From NCBI GenBank assembly GCA_963727625.1, contig CAVSHR010000011.1, positions 358,894 through 422,893 on the forward strand: a stretch of DNA of 64,000 bases. Reading direction: 5' to 3'. The DNA comes from an uncultured delta proteobacterium. GTDB taxonomy: Bacteria > Desulfobacterota > Binatia > UBA9968. The notes beneath the pieces are model-generated. The model did no database searches. It was given only the letters and a program-made list of their open reading frames with translations, and had not been told where the DNA came from. Each line of letters begins with the position of its first letter. Within the stretch, counting starts at the first letter, position 1. Positions 39,483 through 49,416 of the stretch are shown in pieces. Position numbers and translations under genes: made by a program.

Positions 39483-40507
39483 GTTAGCTTCTTAAACAAC
39501 AGGACAGAATACCATTGCTTGGCGTCGGTGAAGTGATTGACCGGCGCCAGGCCAAAGAAACGCATCTGGTCCCGCAGCCGCTCGGCGTCGAATTTGCGAC
39601 TGATCTCGACGAGAATCTTTTCGCCTTTTTGCCAATGAAAAGCGCTTTCCATGGTCGGGAAGCGAATCGCTTGGCCTTCGGCGGCCACCGCGTACATTTC
39701 AATTTGCTGCCATTCCGGATTGAACCAAGAATGATAACCCATCTTGGCGCGGGTAAAGTTGCTCTGCAGCAAACGATTGATGTTGTCGAACACGTTGAGA
39801 ATGAATTCGGCGGTGATGCCGCGGCTGTCGTTATAGGCCGCTTCGAGGATATTCACCGGTTTGACCCGGTCGGCGCCGAGCAAGAGAAAATCGTCGGGCC
39901 CCATGGCCGCCGATAGAGCGCGGAAAAAGCGCGGAAAGTCCGTGTGATTGAAGTTGCCGATGGTGCTGCCGAGAAACACGAACAGGGTCGGCAGGTTTTT
40001 GTCGATGGCGCTGAAGCCGTCCTCGTAGCGGGCGTGGAGACCGTGAAACGCGATTTCCGGGAAGTCGTCGCGGACCGCGTCGCGGGAACCCCTCAAACCG
40101 GCAGTGCTCACGTCGATGGGGGCGAAGATGCTCGGGCCCCGTTGGCGCAGCTGTTCGGTGAGCAAGTGCATTGTCTTCTTGCTGTAACCGGCGCCCAATT
40201 CGGCGATGCAGCGCACCGGCGCGTCGGCGATCACATCGCGGGCGCACGCTTCGAGGATCGCGTTTTCCGTGCGCGTGAGATAATACTCGGGCAGCTCGCA
40301 AATCCGCTCGAAGAGCTCCGAGCCGCGCTGATCGTAAAGGTGGTAAGCTTCGAGCCAGCGCGGCTGATCCCAAAGCGTCGTCAGAATCGACTGCGTCGGA
40401 ATCGACTCCAGGTCGGCGCCGGTGGCCGACCAGATGCTCGGTTCCTGTTCTCGCCAGCGGTCGCGCGCGTCCGCGCCCAGGATGTTTGCAAATTTTTCTT
40501 GTGTCAT
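39479..40507 (-). CDS. egtD: L-histidine N-alpha-trimethyltransferase EgtD
   Basis: YDQRGSELFERICELPEYYLTRTE, ELGAG, FLGSTIGN, IEM and EISRKF motifs. Confidence 0.88.
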   Translation of the reverse strand: MTQEKFANILGADARDRWREQEPSIWSATGADLESIPTQSILTTLWDQPRWLEAYHLYDQRGSELFERICELPEYYLTRTENAILEACARDVIADAPVRCIAELGAGYSKKTMHLLTEQLRQRGPSIFAPIDVSTAGLRGSRDAVRDDFPEIAFHGLHARYEDGFSAIDKNLPTLFVFLGSTIGNFNHTDFPRFFRALSAAMGPDDFLLLGADRVKPVNILEAAYNDSRGITAEFILNVFDNINRLLQSNFTRAKMGYHSWFNPEWQQIEMYAVAAEGQAIRFPTMESAFHWQKGEKILVEISRKFDAERLRDQMRFFGLAPVNHFTDAKQWYSVLLFKKLT

Positions 40508-40569
40508 GGATCGAGAGACTATAAAAGAAAAAGACCGTTGATGCGATACATTTGCGTAGGAATTTTACC

Positions 40570-41337
40570 ATGAGCGAAGATCGAACCACCATCGAGTTTC
40601 GCGGCGTCAGCTTTGCGTTGCCGGACGGCAAGACCCTGCTGTCGAATCTGAATTTGTGCGTCGCGGCCGGCGAGACGCTGGTGTTGCTCGGACGCAGCGG
40701 CTCGGGCAAGACGACGACCATGAAGCTGATCAATCGCTTGATCGATCCGACCGCCGGGGAAATTCGAGTGGAAGGAAAGCCGACGCTCGATTGGGATCCG
40801 ATCCGGCTGCGCCGGCGCGTCGGTTACGTCATTCAAGAGATCGGTTTGTTCCCCCATTTGACGGTGGAAGAGAACATCGGCGTGGTGCCGCGCCTCGAAG
40901 GATGGACGCCGGAGCGTACCCGGGAACGGGCGCGTGCGTTGCTTAAATTAGTCGGTCTCGACGCCGAGCGGTTCGCTGCGCGTTATCCGCGGGAGTTGTC
41001 CGGCGGGCAGCGCCAGCGTGTCGGCGTGGCGCGGGCGTTGGCCGCCGATCCGCCGTTGATCTTGCTCGACGAGCCCTTTGGCGCGTTGGACCCGATCACG
41101 CGCCGCGAAATCCAGCGCGAGTTCAAGTCCTTGCAGCATGAGCTCGGCAAGACAATGGTCTTCGTCACCCACGACATCGCCGAGGCGTTTTTTCTCGGCA
41201 ACCGGATCGCGTTGCTCAAAGATGGTGAAATGATTCTGGTCGGCGCGCCGGAAGAGTTGCTGCGATCCCAACATGCCGAGGCGCGCGCTTTCGCCGATTG
41301 CTTCACCAATAACCCGACGGCCGGGAGTTCGGCGTGA
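40570..41337 (+). CDS. Osmoprotectant/ergothioneine-type ABC transporter ATPase (OpuA/EgtV-like)
   Basis: GRSGSGKTT, GYVIQEIGLFPH, LSGGQRQR and DEPFGALDPITR. Confidence 0.9.
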   Translation: MSEDRTTIEFRGVSFALPDGKTLLSNLNLCVAAGETLVLLGRSGSGKTTTMKLINRLIDPTAGEIRVEGKPTLDWDPIRLRRRVGYVIQEIGLFPHLTVEENIGVVPRLEGWTPERTRERARALLKLVGLDAERFAARYPRELSGGQRQRVGVARALAADPPLILLDEPFGALDPITRREIQREFKSLQHELGKTMVFVTHDIAEAFFLGNRIALLKDGEMILVGAPEELLRSQHAEARAFADCFTNNPTAGSSA

Positions 41338-42893
41338 CCGTCGCGGAGTTTTTGTCGCGTCACGGCGCCGAGCTGTTCGAGCTGACTTTAGAGCATTTAT
41401 TTCTGGTCGCGGTCTCTACCGGAGCTGCCATTCTCATCGGCGTGCCCCTCGGCATTCTTTTGACGCGCAAGCCGGCGCTTAGCAAGCCGGTGCTCGGCTT
41501 CGCCAACATCATGCAAACCGTACCGAGCCTGGCGTTGTTCGGGTTCTTGATTCCGCTCCATATTCATTTATTCGGCGTGAAAATTCTCGGCGGCATCGGC
41601 GCGCGCACCGCGATCATCGCCTTGGTGCTGTACGCGTTGCTGCCGATCATTCGAAACACCTTTACGGGGATCAACTCGGTTGACCCGGCCATTCGCGACG
41701 CCGGGCGCGGCATGGGCATGACCGACCGGCAGCTGCTTTTTCAAGTGGAGCTGCCGTTGGCCCTGGCGGTGATTATCGCCGGCGTGCGCGTGGCGACGGT
41801 CATTTGCGTCGGCACGGCGACCATCGCCGCAGCGATCGATGCCGGCGGCCTGGGGCGCTATATCTTTCGCGGCCTGCGGGCCAACGATAACCTTCTGATC
41901 TTGGCCGGTGCCTTGCCCGCTGCGCTGATCGCGTTGGGTGCCGATTTGGCGCTGGGTTATGTCGAGCGCACCATGCAGTTCGGCGCCGTCGTCAGGAGTA
42001 AATCGAGAAAACTATTATGGTCGACGGTCGTATTAATTTTCGCCTTTGGCGCCCTGGTTTATTTTATCGCCGATAGGAGCTCGGGCCGGATCGCCGTCGG
42101 CGCGAAGGATTTTACCGAGCAGTTGATTCTCGGCGAGATCCTCGCTCAGGCGATCGAGGCGAAAACCGGTTTCGAGGTCGAGCGACGCTTCGACTTGGGC
42201 GGAAACTTGGCCCACGATGCGCTGGTCGCAGGCGAAATCGACCTCTATGTCGAATACACCGGCACGGCACTCCTGGCGATCCTCAAAAGCAAGCCGTTGA
42301 CCGACCCGCAGGAAGTCTACCGCCGCGTCAAGGCGGAGTACGCCGACAAGTTCAATCTCGAATGGACCGAACCGCTCGGATTTAATAACACCTTTGCGAT
42401 CTTGGTGCGCGGCAAGGATGCGCGGCGTCTGAGGTTGAAGACCGTGACGGACGCTTCGAGAGTGTCGGCGCAATGGCGCGCCGGCTTCGGCCAGGATTTC
42501 ATGTCGCGCGCCGACGGCTATGCGGGGTTCGCCCGCGCCTACGGCCTGCACTTCGAAGAGATCCGCGAGATGGATTTGTCGCTGACCTACCGCGCACTGG
42601 CCGACGGACAGATCGACTTGATCGCCGGTAATTCCACGGACGGGTTGATCGCGCGTTACGGCTTAGTGCAGTTGGAAGATGACCGCCATTACTTTCCACC
42701 CTACGATGCCGTGCCCGTGGTGCGCTGGGAGACCCTGGAAAAATATCCGACCTTAAGGGCGACCCTGGCGCAGCTCGGCGGCATCCTGACGGTCGATGAA
42801 ATGCGCAATCTCAACTACGCCGTCGACGGTGAAAAGCACGCTCCCAAGGATGTGGCGCGGGAATTCCTCGAGCAGAGGGGCATCCTCCGATGA
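41334..42893 (+). CDS. Fused permease + betaine-type binding domain (OpuB/EgtU-like)
   Basis: QTVPSLALFG permease fused to GAKDFTEQ, EYTGT, STDG and FPPY. Confidence 0.9.
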   Translation: MTVAEFLSRHGAELFELTLEHLFLVAVSTGAAILIGVPLGILLTRKPALSKPVLGFANIMQTVPSLALFGFLIPLHIHLFGVKILGGIGARTAIIALVLYALLPIIRNTFTGINSVDPAIRDAGRGMGMTDRQLLFQVELPLALAVIIAGVRVATVICVGTATIAAAIDAGGLGRYIFRGLRANDNLLILAGALPAALIALGADLALGYVERTMQFGAVVRSKSRKLLWSTVVLIFAFGALVYFIADRSSGRIAVGAKDFTEQLILGEILAQAIEAKTGFEVERRFDLGGNLAHDALVAGEIDLYVEYTGTALLAILKSKPLTDPQEVYRRVKAEYADKFNLEWTEPLGFNNTFAILVRGKDARRLRLKTVTDASRVSAQWRAGFGQDFMSRADGYAGFARAYGLHFEEIREMDLSLTYRALADGQIDLIAGNSTDGLIARYGLVQLEDDRHYFPPYDAVPVVRWETLEKYPTLRATLAQLGGILTVDEMRNLNYAVDGEKHAPKDVAREFLEQRGILR

Positions 42894-42937
42894 TGATCCA
42901 CTTCGAACGCGCCGCAAGCAAGGCAGAGTGAGGAGAA

Positions 42938-44218
42938 TTGGTTCATGGCTTCTCCCTCGACGCCGAGTGTTCGTTTAAAACAGGCCACAGCTTGAAACGG
43001 TTTCAGAACAGCGGCACCTTTCGCGCCTTACGCTATCCCGACTATTTTTGGTTCTGGTCGAGCTACTTCGTTTCCAACGTGGGTTCCTGGATGCAGAGCA
43101 TCGCTCAGGGTTGGCTGTTGTTCGATCTGACTTCGTCGCCGTTTTATCTTGGCCTGTTCAGTTCATTGCGCATGGTGATGCTGCTGAGTTTTTTTATTCT
43201 CGGCGGTATCATGTCCGACCGCATCGACCGGCGCAAGGTGATCCTTTCGATCCAATTCGTCTCGGCGCTTACCGCGCTCGGCTTGGCCGTCTTGGTAACG
43301 ACCCATAGCATTCAGGTCTGGCATATCTTCGTGCTCGGCGCGATTACCTCGACGACATGGGCATTCGAACAGCCGGTGCGCCAGGCGCTGCTGCCGCAAT
43401 TGGTCGGGCGCGACGATCTAGTCAATGCGCTGGCACTAAACGCGATGACTTGGAACGGCGCCGGCCTGCTCGGCCCGAGCCTGGTCGGTTTGTCGGTGGC
43501 GCGTATCGGCATCGACGGCTGCTTCTACGTCAACGCGATCAGTTATCTCGCCGTGATCGCGGCGCTCTTGCGCATGAACGTTCCGCCGCTCGATCTGAGC
43601 AAAGGGCGGACCGGTGTCATCCAGAGCCTGCGTGATGCCTTCGGCTACGTGCGCGGCGAAACGGTGATCATGACGTTTCTAATCGTCTCGGCGATGTTCA
43701 ATATTTTGGGCCGTTCTTACATTACGCTGCTGCCGGTGTTCGCCAAAGATGTCTTGCGCCTCGGTGCATCGGGGTTTGGATTTATCTCGGCCGGGCCCGG
43801 CTTGGGCACCATCATCGGCTCTTTCACTTTGGCCAGCCTGGGCCGAGTCGCGGTTAGGCGCGGCCGCATGGTGGTGATCCTGATCGCCTTCTCCGCCTGC
43901 TTATTTGCCTTCGCAGTGAGCGTCGATGCGCGGTTGGCATTCGGCTTTCTGGTGATCGTCGGCGCCTTGAGCACGGTGTTCGAGACTCTGCTCAACACTT
44001 CGATTCAATTGCGCGTCGAGGAGTCGTTCCGCGGCCGGGTCTCGGGATTTTATGGATTGACCGGGGGCGGCTTGCGCGAATTCGGCGGTATGCAGGCCGG
44101 TTTCATCGCCGAATGGACCAGCGCGCCAACTGCGATTGCCGCGGGCGCGATCGTGCTGGTCATCGTCGGTTATTTGTTTCTCGGTTCCCGGCTCAAGAAA
44201 GTCGGGGTCGATGAATAG
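42938..44218 (+). CDS. MFS transporter (DHA3/EntS-like)
   Basis: SNVGSWMQ, DRIDRRK, PVRQAL and FRGRV motifs; start uncertain. Confidence 0.88.
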   Translation: MVHGFSLDAECSFKTGHSLKRFQNSGTFRALRYPDYFWFWSSYFVSNVGSWMQSIAQGWLLFDLTSSPFYLGLFSSLRMVMLLSFFILGGIMSDRIDRRKVILSIQFVSALTALGLAVLVTTHSIQVWHIFVLGAITSTTWAFEQPVRQALLPQLVGRDDLVNALALNAMTWNGAGLLGPSLVGLSVARIGIDGCFYVNAISYLAVIAALLRMNVPPLDLSKGRTGVIQSLRDAFGYVRGETVIMTFLIVSAMFNILGRSYITLLPVFAKDVLRLGASGFGFISAGPGLGTIIGSFTLASLGRVAVRRGRMVVILIAFSACLFAFAVSVDARLAFGFLVIVGALSTVFETLLNTSIQLRVEESFRGRVSGFYGLTGGGLREFGGMQAGFIAEWTSAPTAIAAGAIVLVIVGYLFLGSRLKKVGVDE

Positions 44219-44239
44219 ACAAATTCTCAACAACGGTGT

Positions 44240-44457
44240 GTGACCGTCGGCGGCTATGTCGCGGCACAGAAGCTGGGTTTCATCCCCTCATCGACCTTTC
44301 CCAGTCCCCTGTTGCCTACGAGGCGGCCTCGCTCATAACGACGCACACGCTGATCAAGGTCAATCCTGGAAGGATCGGCAAATGGACGAGGGGGGTTGTC
44401 GGAGCGCTTCAATATGTGGCAAAAACATATGAGAGCGAGTGGGAAGGAATCCGCTAA
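44240..44457 (+). pseudogene. NMT1-like binding protein fragment
   Basis: GFHPLIDLSQSPVAYEAASLITT pattern. Confidence 0.45.
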
Positions 44458-44465
44458 CACGCGGT

Positions 44466-45929
44466 CTAGAGCTGGTTGGAGTTCATGATCAGCCGGGCGT
44501 AAAAGCGCACTAGGCGCTCATAGTCCTGCACCGAAATACGTTCGTCGGTGCCGTGATAGCGCTTGGTATCTTCCGGGCCGAGGGTGATCGGCAGAAATCG
44601 AAAAATGTTTCTCGTGAGTGCTCGATAATGGCGCGAATCGGTGGCCGCCACCAGGAGGGCCGGCGCGACCAGCGCCTGCGGCGCAATCTCGCGGATCGTT
44701 CGATGGATCAAATAAAAGCTCGGGCCGGCGATGTCGCTGACGGCCGACGGTTCGATCTGTCCCGGCAATGCATCGATCTTGATTCTTGGATCGTCGATCG
44801 CCTGGCGCATATGCTCGGTAGCGCTGGCAATCGTGTCCCCGGGCAGGAGCCGCAAGTTGATGACCGCAACGGCGCGGGTCGGTAGAATATTTTCCGTAAC
44901 GCCGGCGTTGAAAATCGTCGGCGCGATGGTCGTACGGATCACTGCGTTGGTCAGCGGCGAAGCCGCCAATTGCTTGCGCACGAGAGGGTCGAAGAGCCAT
45001 AGATTGGCCAGCGCAAGTTTTTCGCTCCAGGCCGTTTCAGGACCGAGAAAGTCGAACATCCCCCGGCTCGGACCGTTCAGCCGCGCGGGGAAGGGCGCGG
45101 CGTCGATTCTTTGCAAGGCGCGGCTCATCAGGCCGATAGCGCTATCGGCCGGTGGGATCGAGCTGTGGCCGCCCGTGGTTTGGACCGACAAGCGCAGGCT
45201 GAGATAACCCTTTTCGGCAATGCCGATGAGCGCCACCGGCGCGGTGACGCCGGCGATGACGCTGTCGAGAATATTCATCCCCTCATCGAGGACGAATTCA
45301 AGCTCGACGTTGCGCGCGCGCAAAAGGTCGGCGATCTTAGCCGCGCCATGGTTGCCGCCGATCTCTTCGTCGTGGCCGAAGGCCAAATAGATCGTTCGAT
45401 TCGGAATAAATCCGGCGCGCAGAAGGTGCTCCACCGCCTCGAGGATCGCCAGCACGCTGCCTTTGTCATCCATGGTGCCGCGGCCCCAGATATAGCCGTC
45501 GGCGAGCGTGCCGGAAAACGGCGGATGACGCCACGCCGTTTCGGTCGAAGGATCGATTGGAACGACGTCCATATGGGCCATCAACAAGATCGGTTTTAGC
45601 GTTTCGTCACGTCCCTGCCATGTGAAGAGCAGGCTTCGACCGCCGATGGTTTCTTTGCCGAGATGGCGGTGTACCTGCGGAAAGGATTTCTCCAAGAAGG
45701 CGTGAAAGCTCTGAAACTCAGGGGCGTTGGATCGGCCGGGTGTTTGATAAGAAACGGTCTTGAAACGAATCGCTTCGGCGACCCGACGGATGATGGCCTC
45801 TCGGTCCAGACTGATGGGCGCAACTGGAGCCGGGTGTATTTGTCGCGACTTGAAAGTTGCGGCGCGGACGAGAATGATAACGCCGAGAAGCCCGACCGCG
45901 GTGAGCAACGCTAGAAAGAGTTTTTTCAT
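44466..45929 (-). CDS. M20 family peptidase/amidohydrolase (PM20D1/carboxypeptidase S-like)
   Basis: AHMDVVP, GRGTMDDK, GHDEE, GGHSS and HGTDER motifs. Confidence 0.92.
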   Translation of the reverse strand: MKKLFLALLTAVGLLGVIILVRAATFKSRQIHPAPVAPISLDREAIIRRVAEAIRFKTVSYQTPGRSNAPEFQSFHAFLEKSFPQVHRHLGKETIGGRSLLFTWQGRDETLKPILLMAHMDVVPIDPSTETAWRHPPFSGTLADGYIWGRGTMDDKGSVLAILEAVEHLLRAGFIPNRTIYLAFGHDEEIGGNHGAAKIADLLRARNVELEFVLDEGMNILDSVIAGVTAPVALIGIAEKGYLSLRLSVQTTGGHSSIPPADSAIGLMSRALQRIDAAPFPARLNGPSRGMFDFLGPETAWSEKLALANLWLFDPLVRKQLAASPLTNAVIRTTIAPTIFNAGVTENILPTRAVAVINLRLLPGDTIASATEHMRQAIDDPRIKIDALPGQIEPSAVSDIAGPSFYLIHRTIREIAPQALVAPALLVAATDSRHYRALTRNIFRFLPITLGPEDTKRYHGTDERISVQDYERLVRFYARLIMNSNQL

Positions 45930-46058
45930 GGGATTAATCGACAGGTAGCAAGTTCAGATTACGGCCGCAAACCGCTGATTGCACGCATGTTTGACAACCA
46001 TGGGCAGACCCTATAATTTTTTCGAATCCATTCGACAATAGCTAATGGGAGGAAAACG

Positions 46059-46994
46059 ATGAGTGACTTTTATTCGGATTGGTTGGAGCAGTCCAAAGCC
46101 AATGAAAAGGCGGTGGCTGAATCGCCACGATTCACGCGGTCCAAGGATCTCAAATGGGTGCGTACCCCGCAGGATTTCAAGGCGGCGTTGATGATTGCGC
46201 CGGAGCTGGGTTTTACCACGGGTGGCAGCTGCATGATGCGAGCGGAGATCCCGGTCGGCTGGCATTCCGGAAAGCATTTTCACGGCGAAGAGGCGATCTA
46301 CGTCGAGAGTGGCGAAGGTTTCATGATTCTCGATGACAAACGTTACGATTTCGGCCCGGGAACTGTTATCCACGTACCCTACCGGTCGACCCATCAGCTT
46401 TTCAACATAGGCAAGGTTCCGGTCGGCTATATTTCCGGATTGGCCTGGCACCTCGAAGCTGCCGTCTACATGGGCAAGATGGAGCAACTGGAAGTGTGCG
46501 GTGAGAACGGCGCCAAGGCGCTGGCCGCTTTTCCGAAGGAAGAGTCGCAGTATTGGCCCGAAGATGGCCGGCGCATCGCGATGCATCAAAACCAGCATGT
46601 GAAGTCCGATGAGTCAAAACACGGCGCGACCTATTTTTTGATGGGTCGAAGCGGGAAAGACAACGGGTTCAAGGCGACCGGCGTGGCGATCAGCTCGATT
46701 TTTGTCGATTTACCGCACACCAAGAGCCATAGCCACGCTCATCCCGAGGCCTATCTCTACGCGCTCGAAGGCGACGGTTATTCCGAGATTGGCGGCAAAC
46801 GGTATGATTGGAATCAGGGTGACGCTATCCATGTCCCGCCGGGTATGCTGCACCACCAGCACTTCAATCCATTCGATCGCGACATGAAGGAGCTGCGCTT
46901 CGAGTTCGGTGTGCGCTATTGGTTCGTCGACCAATGGAAGGGCTACGTTACGATCGATAAGCATCTCAAGGCGACGACCCATATGATCGATTGA
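46059..46994 (+). CDS. Bicupin domain protein
   Basis: KHFHGEE, HSHAHPEA and HQHFN motifs. Confidence 0.85.
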   Translation: MSDFYSDWLEQSKANEKAVAESPRFTRSKDLKWVRTPQDFKAALMIAPELGFTTGGSCMMRAEIPVGWHSGKHFHGEEAIYVESGEGFMILDDKRYDFGPGTVIHVPYRSTHQLFNIGKVPVGYISGLAWHLEAAVYMGKMEQLEVCGENGAKALAAFPKEESQYWPEDGRRIAMHQNQHVKSDESKHGATYFLMGRSGKDNGFKATGVAISSIFVDLPHTKSHSHAHPEAYLYALEGDGYSEIGGKRYDWNQGDAIHVPPGMLHHQHFNPFDRDMKELRFEFGVRYWFVDQWKGYVTIDKHLKATTHMID

Positions 46995-47101
46995 TTCGAG
47001 GAATTCGCGGTCGACAAAAAAGCGAGCTAGCCAATGGTTACCTCGCTTTTTATTCAATGCCGTTACAATGCTGAGCAAAAAGCACTACGCCACACCCAAT
47101 C

Positions 47102-47656
47102 TCAAGGTGCAAAACCGAGAAAGCGAAGAAATCCTGGAATCGTTCTCGGCCCGTCCTTGCGGTGATTCCAGGCACTAACCTTTTCTAGGTAACTTGTTTC
47201 GTCCCGCTGGTTGAGGGTCTGGACTCGGCGGAGTTCCCGTTTGGAAATATCCCCATCCCAGGCATGGGGGCATTTGACGACCCGGCTGAGTGACATTTTG
47301 ACGACAGCTCCGGTGTCGGAAAAGCTGACGTTGACGGGATGATCGCGGCAAGTGATCGGTCGATGTTCGTAGATCCCGCAGCGGTTGGTTTGGTTGTCGA
47401 GGAAAATGCAGCGGTCGCGGCTCTTGCGCAAGCCCATGACGGCTTTGCCCCGGTCGAAACGCAGCCAAAGCGGATCGTTGTGCGACATGGCAATCTCGTC
47501 GTGGGCGAAGAATTTGACAAATTCCGTGGGCGGTTTGCCGGTGCCCTCGGCGATGCGGCGAATGTCCTCGTCGTTGATGCAGACGACCGTGTCGCGACAA
47601 CAGTTGCCGCACCCGGTGCAGCGAAACTTCAAATATTTTTCCCAGGGCTGCGCCAT
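47102..47656 (-). CDS. YkgJ family cysteine cluster protein
   Basis: CTGCGNCC, CIFL and CGIYEHRPITC motifs. Confidence 0.9.
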   Translation of the reverse strand: MAQPWEKYLKFRCTGCGNCCRDTVVCINDEDIRRIAEGTGKPPTEFVKFFAHDEIAMSHNDPLWLRFDRGKAVMGLRKSRDRCIFLDNQTNRCGIYEHRPITCRDHPVNVSFSDTGAVVKMSLSRVVKCPHAWDGDISKRELRRVQTLNQRDETSYLEKVSAWNHRKDGPRTIPGFLRFLGFAP

Positions 47657-47757
47657 GATTTATGAAAATGTAGCAGGATCCAAAAAAAAAGAAACGCGCA
47701 CGGTAAACTGGGAAAGGTGCGCTTGCATGAGGATTTGATATTTTTTAAAGTCACAGC

Positions 47758-48027
47758 ATGGCCGAAGCCCGTAGTAACAAGAATGGCGATGCAAAGATGA
47801 TGCTTGGATTCATCGTGCGCCGCTGCGCGGCGGATCTCGGCCACACGCCAACGCCGGATGAGTTTGCGAGATGGGCCAACGGGCATCATCAGCCGGGCAA
47901 GCGTTTGTGTCTGTTCGGCAAGGAAATCTCCTCGGCTATCGCCAAGGTCATGTTCAGCCAGCCGGGGAGAATCGTCACCGTCAGCCCCGAAGGCATGGCG
48001 CGTATCTGGAAAGCCAACGGGCGTTAG
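47758..48027 (+). CDS. Hypothetical protein
   Basis: 89-aa ORF filling an intergenic gap. Confidence 0.5.
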   Translation: MAEARSNKNGDAKMMLGFIVRRCAADLGHTPTPDEFARWANGHHQPGKRLCLFGKEISSAIAKVMFSQPGRIVTVSPEGMARIWKANGR

Positions 48028-48081
48028 TTCGATTCTTTCAATTGCACCTCCGAAAAACTCACCGACGGTCAGATCAACCCG

Positions 48082-48498
48082 TCAGCCGGCAAGGAGAGCC
48101 TCGATCAGAAAATAGCCCGACAGTGCCAGCGCGATTAACCAAAGCAAAATAATCGCGCCCGCCGCGCGCCAATTTTTCGGCAAATGTTCGTTGAACACCG
48201 CCGCTCTGGCGCGACAATCGGCGAGTATGTCCTCTGGAATTAACCTGACGGCGATAAAGATGCCGAGCGGCAGGAGCAGGAAATCGTCGAGGTAGCCAAG
48301 CAGCGGGATCGGATCCGGAATGAGATCGATGGGGCTCAAGGCATAGGCGACCACGCAAGCGACCCAGGCCTTGGCGTACCACGGCGTGCGCGGGTCGCGA
48401 CTCGCGAGATAGAGCGCCACGATATCGCGCTTGAGCTCCCGCGCTTTGTTTTTCAAGCCTTCGAACATGGCCAGGGCGCATCCGTTTTCACTCGACAA
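48082..48498 (-). CDS. YkvA/DUF1232 family membrane protein
   Basis: DPRTPWYAK and YALSPIDLIPDPIPLLGYLDD motifs. Confidence 0.9.
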   Translation of the reverse strand: MSSENGCALAMFEGLKNKARELKRDIVALYLASRDPRTPWYAKAWVACVVAYALSPIDLIPDPIPLLGYLDDFLLLPLGIFIAVRLIPEDILADCRARAAVFNEHLPKNWRAAGAIILLWLIALALSGYFLIEALLAG

Positions 48499-48564
48499 TT
48501 CGTCATTGCTCCGTCATGATTGTCTTGTTATGCTTCGCGACACTAACACAAATCTAGAGCATAA

Positions 48565-49386
48565 TTGCATATCGGAGGTAGCGTGACCTTCGCTGTGATT
48601 TTCAATGCGATGTTAACTTTCGCATGGGTCTGGCTATTTTCGACCGGAGTGGCGGCGCAGGGGAAGGCGGAAAAAGAGAAAATCCGCATCGGTTACGCGG
48701 CACGGGCGGTGGCCCATTCGCTGCCGTTCTTGACCCAGAAAGCGGGATTGTTTCGCGACGAAGGTTTACAAGTCGAAGTGGTGCGCACCGCCGGGGCGGT
48801 CTCGCCGATGGCGCTGATTTTCGGCGAACCTGATTTTACCACCATGTCCGCTTTTCTCATGATTCCGGTGGCGACCCGTAGTCCCGACGTGGTCATGCTC
48901 GGTGGATTGACCCGTTACGCGACCATGACCTTGGTGACCCGACCGGCGACGTTGTTCGCGCGCAGGGCAGGTATGAACTTTATGGTCAACCTTGCCGATT
49001 TAAAGATCGAGTATCAGGGTTCGACCTTCGTGACGCGCCGTTCGTTGATGAAGAGCCATCCCAACTTGGTGCGTCGCACCGTGCGCGCGCTGGTGCGCGG
49101 TGTCCATTATTTTAAAACCCGGCGTGAGGATACTTACGGTATCTTGGCCAGTTTCCTCGGTACCAAGAACCGCGAGGCGCTGGAAGAATCGTGGAACTAC
49201 GGCGCCGATATGCCCGCCAAACCTTACGCCGTGGAAAGCGCGGTTCAGGCGGTGATTAGCCATCTGGCCGAGGGCGACCCGAAATACGCGAAATACAAAC
49301 CGACCGACTTCATCGATACCACGCCCTTGACCGAGCTCGACAAGAGCGGCTACATCGACCGGCTTTACGGCGGCCAGGCGAAATAG
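48565..49386 (+). pseudogene. NMT1-like ABC binding protein with probable in-frame internal deletion
   Basis: LVTRP joined to ATLFARRAG; the DLKGK..G region is absent. Confidence 0.65.
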
Positions 49387-49416
49387 GTCAATTGCGGGAA
49401 GGCATCCTTACTTCGT

